Assembly (NCBI GenBank): GCA_963828195.1
Contig: CAWHDT010000005.1
Span: 640,001 to 704,000 of the forward strand
Length of the DNA: 64,000 bases
DNA from: Candidatus Bathyarchaeota archaeon
GTDB taxonomy: Archaea; Thermoproteota; Bathyarchaeia; Bathyarchaeales; Bathycorpusculaceae
Reading direction: 5' to 3'
The notes beneath the pieces are model-generated. The model did not search any database, was not told the origin of the DNA, and saw only the letters and a list, made by a program, of their open reading frames with translations. Below are positions 55,864 to 64,000 of this stretch, one piece after another. The position numbers and the translations under genes are program-made. Position 1 is the stretch's first letter; each line of letters opens with the position of its first letter.

Positions 55864-57933
55864 TTAGTGTTTTTCCTGTTTCACTCCTAGCTGCTCAAGC
55901 ATCGCCATTATGCTGTTTGTGGGAGGAAGACATGTTTGGTCGCGGCAGACGTAGGCGGTTGCTTTGCCTTCAATTTGCGGGTAGCCAAAGCCAGCTTTGT
56001 CAGGGTGCTTTAGCGCAATAACTGCGTTTGGCAGATACTGCTTTCTTATTGACTTCAACATTTCTTGTGTTTCGGTCTCCTTCAAATCGCCAATTATGGT
56101 CACGCTGTAGGATGAGCCGATAAGTAAGGCAGCTGTAGAGAGGAAGAAAGTGTAAGCTTCAGGCGCACCCTCTATTTCTTGCGCGAATGTTTTGGTCATT
56201 TGAGCCGCCATCACGTCGTTTGCGGGTTCATCGGTTAAACGGCTGAGCCACACCAGGTCCAGTAGCGCTACCGAGTTGCCTGATGGAGTTGCGCCGTCGT
56301 ATAACTGCTTGATTTTTGGCGTGGCAGCCTCGCTATTTTGCGTTTGGTAAAACCCGCCGTTCTTTTGATCCCAAAATTTAGTCACCATGTTTTTCGTTAA
56401 AGAGGACGCGGCTTGGAGATATTTTTCTTCGTAGGTTGCTTCATAGAGCTCAATTAGGCCAAATATGAAGAAGGCGTAGTCGTCCAGAAAAGCTTCAACG
56501 GCAGTTTCGCCTTTTGCGTAGCGGTGATAGAGCACGCCACTTTTGAACATCTCGGTCAGGATGAAGTCGGTTGTTTTCTTTGCAGCGTCCACATACTTTG
56601 CTTCGTTGAGAACACTGCCTGCTTTTGCCAAGGCTGCGATCATTAAGCCGTTCCAGTCAGTTAAAACTTTATCATCTATTGCCGGAGGCACCCGTTTTTT
56701 TCTTGCCTCAAAAAGCGCCTCCCTTATGCCGTGCACGCGTTCTATGAGTTCTTGCAGGGTTAAGCCTTTGTAGGGCGCAAGCTCCTCTAAAGATTCGGCG
56801 ATGTGCAGTATGTTTTTGCCGCTTTGTCTTCCGGCTTCAATGAAGTTGCCTTCTGGCCGCAGCCCATATATGTGGACTGCTAATTCCGCGTCGGCAGGGG
56901 ACAGGGTGTCGAGTACTTCGTCTAGGGTCCACAGGTAGAATTTGCCTTCTTCGCCCTCTGTGTCAGCATCTTGCGCTGAGTAAAATCCGCCTTGAGGCGC
57001 CGCTAAATCGCGTAGAACATAATCCATTGTTTCATGGGCTGCTAATGCATAGCGTTTGGCGCCTGTCCCCTGAAACGTTTCTATGTAAGCCATTGCTATT
57101 AGCGCTTGGTCGTAGAGCATTTTTTCAAAGTGGGGAACCAGCCATTTTTCGTCGGTGCTGTATCTGTGGAAGCCAAAACCCAGTTGATCGTATATGCCGC
57201 CTAGACGCATTTGCTGAAGCGTTTTTTCGACCATAGCAAGCGCGTTATCGTTCCCTGTCCGCGCATAGTGGCGCAGCAGAAATAGGAGGTTGTGCGGTCT
57301 TGGGAATTTCGGTGCCGTGCCAAAGCCGCCGTTTTCTTTGTCAAAATCCAAGGTTAAGCGGTCGTAAGCGTCTTGGAGGACGTCTTTGCCGAGTTCTTGC
57401 GGAGTTCTAGTTTCCATCGCTTCTATGCGGCTCTTTATGTCTGCTCCCACAATTTCCAGTTGAGAACGCTGCAGTTTCCATATCTGCATTACTTGAGGAA
57501 TAAGATCCAGCATGCCCGTCAAGCCTCTTCCGTTGTGTTTTGGGATGTAGCTTGCGGCGAAAAACGGGTTAAGTTTGGGCGTCATGAGTATGTTCAGTGG
57601 CCAACCGCAGTTCCTGCCCATAGCTTGACAGACAGCCATGTATGCTGCGTCTAAGTCTGGTCTTTCTTCTCGGTCAACTTTAACGCAGACAAACGCTTGG
57701 TTGAGCAGGTCTGCAACTTCCTTATCGCTGAAGCATTCTTCTTCCATAACGTGGCACCAGTGGCAGCTGGAGTAGCCTATGCTCACGAAAAGGGGTTTGT
57801 CCTCAGCTTTCGCTTTTTCTAAGGCTTCTTGACCCCACGGGTACCAGTCAACGGGGTTGTAAGCGTGCTGGAGAAGATAGGGGCTTTTTTCTTTAATCAG
57901 CCTGTTCGGCTTGTTTTCTATGTTTGGCTGCAA
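55864..57933 (-). CDS. Thioredoxin-domain + alpha/alpha-barrel protein (YyaL/SPATA20, DUF255)
   Basis: [48 protein letters not shown]. Confidence 0.93.
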   Translation of the reverse strand: MQPNIENKPNRLIKEKSPYLLQHAYNPVDWYPWGQEALEKAKAEDKPLFVSIGYSSCHWCHVMEEECFSDKEVADLLNQAFVCVKVDREERPDLDAAYMAVCQAMGRNCGWPLNILMTPKLNPFFAASYIPKHNGRGLTGMLDLIPQVMQIWKLQRSQLEIVGADIKSRIEAMETRTPQELGKDVLQDAYDRLTLDFDKENGGFGTAPKFPRPHNLLFLLRHYARTGNDNALAMVEKTLQQMRLGGIYDQLGFGFHRYSTDEKWLVPHFEKMLYDQALIAMAYIETFQGTGAKRYALAAHETMDYVLRDLAAPQGGFYSAQDADTEGEEGKFYLWTLDEVLDTLSPADAELAVHIYGLRPEGNFIEAGRQSGKNILHIAESLEELAPYKGLTLQELIERVHGIREALFEARKKRVPPAIDDKVLTDWNGLMIAALAKAGSVLNEAKYVDAAKKTTDFILTEMFKSGVLYHRYAKGETAVEAFLDDYAFFIFGLIELYEATYEEKYLQAASSLTKNMVTKFWDQKNGGFYQTQNSEAATPKIKQLYDGATPSGNSVALLDLVWLSRLTDEPANDVMAAQMTKTFAQEIEGAPEAYTFFLSTAALLIGSSYSVTIIGDLKETETQEMLKSIRKQYLPNAVIALKHPDKAGFGYPQIEGKATAYVCRDQTCLPPTNSIMAMLEQLGVKQEKH

Positions 57934-58090
57934 AAACGTATCCTTCCTACTACAATTACTTACTGCACACGTTTTTATTAAACTGTTCGAGTACGAGCAG
58001 GTGGGTCATTTTTTTCCATTTTGTTTTGTTTGTTGTGCGTTGGGTTGCTTTTTTGGTTTAGCGTTTGTTTTTTTGGCAGGTTGCGTTTTT

Positions 58091-58150
58091 TCCCGTTCGC
58101 TTCCGTCGCATTCCGTTGTATCCCGTTGCGCCCCGTTTACCAGCGTTTAT
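58091..58150 (+). repeat. 10-bp-phased CCGT array (5-6 units)
   Basis: tcccgttcgc/ttccgtcgca/ttccgttgta/tcccgttgcg/ccccgtttac/cagcgtttat. Confidence 0.75.
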
Positions 58151-58324
58151 CGTCATCGCGTGCAATCGATGAGTTGGAAAATAGTACGCCGATTGCTGAA
58201 AAAGTCAGGAGGGTGCCGACGCCAGAGCAATAAAATGGGTTTTCTAAAATGAAAGATTTGGATATGTACAAGTGCTCTTAATTGCTGCTTCATAACAGAT
58301 AAATCGATTTTAGCCGATATACCG

Positions 58325-58525
58325 ATGGTTACATTCATGGTCGCTATAGGTAGCAATTCAGAAATTCCCTGTTCTGCCTGCCACAAGTGGGACACAAAGG
58401 CGAAAAAGTTCTCATGTAAACCAGGCGAATGCCAAATGCTCTCCCAATGGCTTCTTGACCACGCCCAAAGAGAGCCTACGAAAAACATGCAATTCGTGGT
58501 AGCACCAATACAATATGTGGTTTAA
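58325..58525 (+). CDS. Small Cys-rich hypothetical protein
   Basis: CSAC...C...C pattern. Confidence 0.45.
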   Translation: MVTFMVAIGSNSEIPCSACHKWDTKAKKFSCKPGECQMLSQWLLDHAQREPTKNMQFVVAPIQYVV

Positions 58526-58559
58526 AAATTTCCTTAAACTAGTTCTCTTTCCAATGTTT

Positions 58560-58904
58560 TTATTTTTTTGTTAAGGTTTCTGGGTCGATCGGGTTTGGTT
58601 TTCCATTTTTGTCCATCACATATAACTGAAAGTCGTATTCTTTGCAGTAGTTTTTAAAATCGCGGTATTGGGTTTTGTTGCCTTCAAAATCTTTCTCACT
58701 GACTATTTGACAGACCCGTTTTAGGCAACCCTTATGCGCTATAACGTCTGGGATGACACCGCCGATTTCAGAAGGTTTCTCCCAACCCTGAGTATTCGCT
58801 TTTACCAGCCAATTGTCCTTTTTGAGGTCTTCAGCAATAGTTCTTACGCATTGGTCATGGGTTTTTGGTTCTTCAGGTTTTTTCTTTGCCAATTCTACCA
58901 CCAT
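58560..58904 (-). CDS. Hypothetical protein, restriction-endonuclease-like fold possible
   Basis: H..V..IA.L, IPDVIA motif. Confidence 0.5.
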   Translation of the reverse strand: MVVELAKKKPEEPKTHDQCVRTIAEDLKKDNWLVKANTQGWEKPSEIGGVIPDVIAHKGCLKRVCQIVSEKDFEGNKTQYRDFKNYCKEYDFQLYVMDKNGKPNPIDPETLTKK

Positions 58905-59145
58905 ATTAATCTAATATTGGGAGTGTTTAATTAAAGGTTTGAAAAATAGACTTCAACTTATCCGATAAAAACAATTTGTCATTGTCCCCAGCGAGCATTT
59001 ATCTGCTTTTTGCATTATTTATTTTTGATTATGTAATTCTATGTTAATATACATACCTCTATTGATTTTATATATAGTCTATAGGGTTTATGGAGAACAC
59101 ACTCTTATAATAAAGACTAAATAGGCTTAATCGAAGGTTAAAAAA

Positions 59146-60483
59146 ATGAAAAGCACATATATAATTATTGCAGCAATCGTCGTAATCATCGTCATCGTCG
59201 GAGGCGTCTTCGCTTACATATCTCTATCAGGCTCATCAAATGCGACACCGACAGCAACTCCGACAACAGCGCCAACAGCAACACCTACGACTGCGCCAAC
59301 AGCAACACCAACAACGGCCCCAACAGCAACACCCAAAGCTACAACAACACCTACTTCAACACCAACTCCAACAACAACCCCAACTCCGACAACAACGCCA
59401 CTAGCCACAGCAACAATAAACGGGGGCGGAGGTACACTTGTCGCCCCGCTAATGTCTGTTTGGCAAGGCGCCTACGGGTCAGCCGAACCGCAAATAACAG
59501 TTAACTACAATGCAGAAGGAAGCGGCGCGGGAATTACTGATTTTAAGAATCAAGTAGTCAATTTCGGTGAATCAGATGCACCTATGACCGCAGCACAGTA
59601 CGCGGCACTTCCCTCAGGCACAACCGCATTAACAATCCCAATAACCGCAAGCGCAGTGGTGCCAGCATATAATCTAAAGCTTCTCAACGGTTCAATTTGT
59701 CAGAATGGCCTTAATTTCACTGGCACAGTTCTTGCAAATATTTTCTTGGGAACTGTAACAACTTGGAATGACCCTTCAATCCTAGCTTTACAAAGTCCAG
59801 ACGTGGCAGCTCAATTGCCTAGTACGCCTATAATCACTGTTCACCGATCTGACGGAAGCGGAACCATGTTCGCCTTCAGCGATTTCTTATCTGACTCAAG
59901 CTCGCAATTTAAGACAACCATTGGAGAGAGCACAACCCCTAATTGGGTAACTACTTCAGGCGGTACTATAGCAGCTCCCAAAAATGCCGGTGTAGCAGCA
60001 GCCATTTCCGGAAATAATGGAGCAATCGGTCCACTTGAAATAGCCTATATACTCGAGAATACAGGTCAAACCTCACTTTACTACGGCACTGTCGAAAATG
60101 CCGCAAGCAACTTCATCTTAGCTAACGTAACAAACATTGCAGCAGCCCTTTCAGCCGGAGCCTCTACAGGTCTTCCAGCAGGAAGTGCCTCATGGACAAG
60201 CGTATCAATAGTCAACAACATATTCAGCAATACATCAGCCACAACTGTGTATCCCATTGCAACCATGACCTATGCGCTAGTATATCAAAACCAGACTCCA
60301 TCAACCATAACTAACGCTGCCTCAGCCGCAGCTCTCGTCAACTTCCTACAGTGGATTGTAAGCCCCGCCGGTCAATCATTAGGATCAGGTTTAGGATACG
60401 TTCCGTTGCCAGCCAACGTAGTCGCAGTAGACACAGCATCAATCGATACAATAACCTACAACGGTGGAGCACCAATAGTTTAG
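59146..60483 (+). CDS. pstS: Phosphate ABC transporter substrate-binding protein
   Basis: GSGAG, FGESDAP, TWND, HRSDGSGT, GYVPLP; N-terminal anchor plus T/P repeat stalk. Confidence 0.93.
   Translation: MKSTYIIIAAIVVIIVIVGGVFAYISLSGSSNATPTATPTTAPTATPTTAPTATPTTAPTATPKATTTPTSTPTPTTTPTPTTTPLATATINGGGGTLVAPLMSVWQGAYGSAEPQITVNYNAEGSGAGITDFKNQVVNFGESDAPMTAAQYAALPSGTTALTIPITASAVVPAYNLKLLNGSICQNGLNFTGTVLANIFLGTVTTWNDPSILALQSPDVAAQLPSTPIITVHRSDGSGTMFAFSDFLSDSSSQFKTTIGESTTPNWVTTSGGTIAAPKNAGVAAAISGNNGAIGPLEIAYILENTGQTSLYYGTVENAASNFILANVTNIAAALSAGASTGLPAGSASWTSVSIVNNIFSNTSATTVYPIATMTYALVYQNQTPSTITNAASAAALVNFLQWIVSPAGQSLGSGLGYVPLPANVVAVDTASIDTITYNGGAPIV
59242..59400 (+). repeat. Coding tandem repeat (TATPTTAP/TTTP) in PstS stalk
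   Basis: Degenerate 24-nt units ACAGCAACWCCNACNACNGCNCCN. Confidence 0.75.
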
Positions 60484-60550
60484 CTATAATTTAATAGCTA
60501 TTCTTCCCTATCTTTTTTAAATTAACCCAAAAATACTGAGGACCGCAAAA

Positions 60551-61480
60551 TTGCGATTCAAACTGCTAAGAGGAGATGTAATACTAAAAATCCTTCTTGC
60601 AGCAGCAGCTTTGTTTGTTATCGGTGTTGTTGTTGGACTTGCCGCTGAACTTTTTCTCGGCTCAGCGCCATCATTATTTAAATTCGGGCCAAGCTTTTTG
60701 GTTGGATCAAAATGGCAACCAAGTAATAACGTATTTGGTGCTTGGCCGTTTATTTACGGAACATTGGTTTCTTCGGCAATTGCCATTGTAATCGGTTTCC
60801 CAATTAGTCTGGGAATAGCTGTTTTCATAACTGAGAAGCTCAAGAGCCACCTAACCTTTGGTTATATATTAGGAACACTTGTTGACCTTTTAGCGGCTGT
60901 ACCCAGCGTGATTTACGGTTTATGGGGGGTTTTTGTCTTAATTCCCCTCATACGCGATTATGTAGAAAGACCCTTAAGTAAGTCTCTTGGCTACATCCCC
61001 TTATTCTCAGGGCATCCCTTTGGATACGATTTTCTTACTGCGGGAGTCATATTAGCAATAATGGTTATTCCAACAATGTCAGCAGTTACCAGAGATGTGT
61101 TAAATGTGGTTCCAAATAGTCAGCGTGAAGCAATGTACTCGCTCGGAGCCACAGACTGGGAAGTTACGCAGAAAAGCGTCCTGCCCTATGCCCGCTCCGG
61201 CATATTTGGCGCCTTCATTTTGGGGCTGGGACGGGCCTTCGGCGAAACAATGGCTGTCACAATGGTGATAGGGAACATTCCTTCAGTTTCTTCAAGTTTG
61301 TTTTCACCCGGCGCCACTTTATCTTCAATTATCGCCAATCAATTCGGCGAGTCTTCAGGGGTTTTTCAAGGGGCTTTAATCGAATTAGGTTTAATCTTGT
61401 TTTTTGTAGCGATATTAATTAACGGTCTTGCTCGACTATTGCTTTGGAGGATGACTCGTGGAACACAAGTTAAATCTTGA
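60551..61480 (+). CDS. pstC: Phosphate ABC permease
   Basis: LLAAVPSVIYGLWG, GRAFGETMAV. Confidence 0.94.
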   Translation: MRFKLLRGDVILKILLAAAALFVIGVVVGLAAELFLGSAPSLFKFGPSFLVGSKWQPSNNVFGAWPFIYGTLVSSAIAIVIGFPISLGIAVFITEKLKSHLTFGYILGTLVDLLAAVPSVIYGLWGVFVLIPLIRDYVERPLSKSLGYIPLFSGHPFGYDFLTAGVILAIMVIPTMSAVTRDVLNVVPNSQREAMYSLGATDWEVTQKSVLPYARSGIFGAFILGLGRAFGETMAVTMVIGNIPSVSSSLFSPGATLSSIIANQFGESSGVFQGALIELGLILFFVAILINGLARLLLWRMTRGTQVKS

Positions 61481-62369
61481 GAGGGATTTGTTGACAACAA
61501 AACCTCATCTGCCCGCGAGTATTTCACTCTGGCGAAAAATCGTTAATAAATTAATGACTGTATTAGTGATAATAGCTGTTGCCCTAGCCATAATACCCTT
61601 AATACTCATACTTGGAGACGTTTTCATGCGAGGGGCACCCGCTCTAAGCATAGGTTTTCTTACCCGTGCGCAGAACCCACTAAATATTTCAAGCGGAGGA
61701 ATAGCCAACGCAATAGTTGGAACTTTCACGATGGTGGGCATAGCCACTCTAATTTCTGTGCCGATTGGCGTCGGAGCAGGTATATTCTTTTCAGAATGGT
61801 CAACTTCTAAGCTTTCCGCAATTTCAGGTTTTATGAACGATGTACTTACCGGGTTTCCTTCAATTGTTTTAGGCTTGTTCGTTTTCGTTATAATTGTTTA
61901 TCCCACTAAACAGTTTTCTGCTTTTGCAGGTGGCATCGCTTTGAGTTTTGTGATGCTGCCTATCATCGCAAGGACAACAGGTGAATCTCTTAAGCTTGTT
62001 CCGAACACGTTGAGGGAAGCGTCGCTGGCTCTGGGGATCCCCCGATGGAAAACTGTTATCAGAATCGTTATAGGCACAGGGAAAAACGGGCTCTTAACGG
62101 GCATATTGTTGGCCGTGGCGCGTGCAACAGGAGAAACAGCTCCAATCCTTTTAACGGCTTCTACAAGCATTTACTTTGCAAAAAGTATATTTCAGCCAAC
62201 AGCTTCAATGACAATCCTCATCTACAACTACGCTACCTCTCCGTATTCATCTCAGCAAACGCAGGCGTGGGGAGCAGCTTTAGTCCTAATACTTATTATG
62301 CTCGCGTTGAATCTTTTGGTTAAGCTTACCGTAGGAAGAAAAGTAAAAGGAGCAAGGATGTATGCGTAG
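61458..62369 (+). CDS. pstA: Phosphate ABC permease
   Basis: GGIANAIVGT, PSIVLGLF, ARATGETAP. Confidence 0.94.
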   Translation: MEHKLNLERDLLTTKPHLPASISLWRKIVNKLMTVLVIIAVALAIIPLILILGDVFMRGAPALSIGFLTRAQNPLNISSGGIANAIVGTFTMVGIATLISVPIGVGAGIFFSEWSTSKLSAISGFMNDVLTGFPSIVLGLFVFVIIVYPTKQFSAFAGGIALSFVMLPIIARTTGESLKLVPNTLREASLALGIPRWKTVIRIVIGTGKNGLLTGILLAVARATGETAPILLTASTSIYFAKSIFQPTASMTILIYNYATSPYSSQQTQAWGAALVLILIMLALNLLVKLTVGRKVKGARMYA

Positions 62370-62407
62370 GATAACGACTAAAAATTCAATAGGTCCAATG
62401 CAAAATC

Positions 62408-63214
62408 ATGTTAGGAGGGACAATTAAAATAAGCAAATATAAAAACCTTGATTCAACGACGGTTAAGCTATCAACGAAAGACTTGAAAGCCAATTTTGGG
62501 AAAGTACAAGTTCTAAAGGGGATCAACTTAAGCTTCCCTGAAAATAAGGTAACTGCAATTATGGGCCCTTCTGGATGTGGAAAAACCACATTGATAAGAT
62601 GTCTCAACCGAATTCATGAATTGACGCCGAATGCAAAAGTCGAAGGGGAGGTCATTTTGGATGGAGTGAACATTTATTCGCCGCAGGTTGATCCAGTTGC
62701 TATTCGCAGAAGAATTGGAATGGTTTTCCAGAAGGCCAATCCTTTCCCTACAATGTCCATTTACGATAACGTGGTGGCAGGCTTGAAACTCGCTGGTGTA
62801 AGAAACAAGGAGACACTTGACAGCGTGGCAGAAAGGAGTCTTAAGATGGCGTTTCTTTGGGATGAAGTAAAAAATGATCTCAAGAAATCCGGAATTGATT
62901 TGTCTGGGGGGCAACAGCAGAGACTATGTATAGCGCGGGCTCTTGCGGTTGAGCCTGAAGTTATTCTTATGGATGAGCCTTGCTCCGCTCTTGACCCTAT
63001 TGCCACCGCTAAAATTGAAGAGTCTATTGTTGCACTTAAGAAGGAGTTTACGATTATAATTGTTACGCATAATATGCAGCAGGCAGCTCGTATTTCAGAT
63101 TACACCGCTTTCATGTATCTAGGCCAACTCATCGAGTTCGACGCAACCTCAGAAGTGTTCGAGAACCCCAAAAGTGAGTTAACAGAAAAATACATAACGG
63201 GAAAGTTCGGATAG
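62408..63214 (+). CDS. pstB: Phosphate ABC ATPase
   Basis: [41 protein letters not shown]. Confidence 0.96.
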   Translation: MLGGTIKISKYKNLDSTTVKLSTKDLKANFGKVQVLKGINLSFPENKVTAIMGPSGCGKTTLIRCLNRIHELTPNAKVEGEVILDGVNIYSPQVDPVAIRRRIGMVFQKANPFPTMSIYDNVVAGLKLAGVRNKETLDSVAERSLKMAFLWDEVKNDLKKSGIDLSGGQQQRLCIARALAVEPEVILMDEPCSALDPIATAKIEESIVALKKEFTIIIVTHNMQQAARISDYTAFMYLGQLIEFDATSEVFENPKSELTEKYITGKFG

Positions 63215-63221
63215 TGAAAGT

Positions 63222-63866
63222 ATGCAAAGACTGTTAGATAAGGGATTAGAAGAATTAACAACCACGGTTTACAGGATGGGCAAAGTCGCCGAGAAAGCCG
63301 TAGCAACGTCAATCAGAGGCTTCCTTGAAGGCAAAAACACAACCAACAATGCACATGAACTCTCCGAGATTCTCGTAGGCAACACCCTTGAGATTGAAGA
63401 AAAAGCCTTCAGCTTAATAGCGAAGTATCAACCCGTGGCTTCTGACTTAAGAATCATAAATTCCTACATGAAAGTCGCATATGATTTCGAACGTTACGGA
63501 AGATATGCTTGGGACATATCGTTCGTCAGCACCCGATTCAATAGGCAAAGCAAATGTGATGAATGGATATTTGAGTATATTGATAAGATGGCTGAGCAAG
63601 TTTTGAAAATGGTCACCATAAGCATTGAATCAATAAAAAGCCTAGACGCAGAGTTCGTCAAGAAACTAACTACAACCGAGCAAGGAGTGGACGACATGTA
63701 CCTTGAGTTCCTCGACAAGCTGGTGAATCAGGCAGGCATAACCACTGAATGCACAGTCTCAAGCACACTCATAGTAAGATACCTTGAACGCATAGCTGAT
63801 CACGCCACTTATATTATGGAAGATGTAGTCTACATTGCCACCGGAGAAAAAATCACCCTAAGATAA
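63222..63866 (+). CDS. phoU: Phosphate uptake regulator
   Basis: QPVASDLR, ERYGRYA, LERIADHA. Confidence 0.93.
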   Translation: MQRLLDKGLEELTTTVYRMGKVAEKAVATSIRGFLEGKNTTNNAHELSEILVGNTLEIEEKAFSLIAKYQPVASDLRIINSYMKVAYDFERYGRYAWDISFVSTRFNRQSKCDEWIFEYIDKMAEQVLKMVTISIESIKSLDAEFVKKLTTTEQGVDDMYLEFLDKLVNQAGITTECTVSSTLIVRYLERIADHATYIMEDVVYIATGEKITLR

Positions 63867-64000
63867 AAAAATAAAACAAGGCGGCTAACCAGCAGCCCAA
63901 CTACTCTTTTCGCCGTGGGTTTTCTTTAAAAAACAAAGCAACATTCAAAAGCAACGTCGCAGCCTAAAATCAGAATAATGATACCTCTTCTGGATGTTAA

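Overview
Archaeal chromosomal window, most consistent with a Bathyarchaeia-like TACK archaeon (inferred from gene content: eukaryote-like topoisomerase IB, aRF1, Ftr, DUF39-CBS homocysteine system, many TTG starts). The backbone carries a PAS sensor, PPIase, ECF transporter, topoIB, aRF1, ftr, lysC-hom-thrC, argG-argH-carAB and pstSCAB-phoU. The main feature is a visibly AT-richer ~9.8-kb integrated element (~23.3-33.15 kb) between ftr and UPF0280. It encodes a tyrosine integrase, a split type IIB (Topo VIII/Mini-A-like) topoisomerase pair, a terminase large subunit with no recognisable capsid or portal, and several small Zn-finger genes, some missing from the ORF track. Directly downstream of the integrase is a ~1-kb non-coding, highly structured, quasi-periodic region. 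Its ~60-70-bp palindromic unit recurs 3 kb away, so the topoisomerase operon is bracketed by duplicated [palindrome-promoter-InsA-like Zn ribbon] modules, a cassette-like architecture. Also seen: a 146-bp dispersed inverted repeat flanking the amino-acid block, 10-bp-phased motif arrays, a shared 49-bp upstream element before two surface-protein genes, and several start/stop/frameshift anomalies. No tRNA, rRNA or CRISPR array was seen. All calls come from reading motifs by eye; no searches were run.
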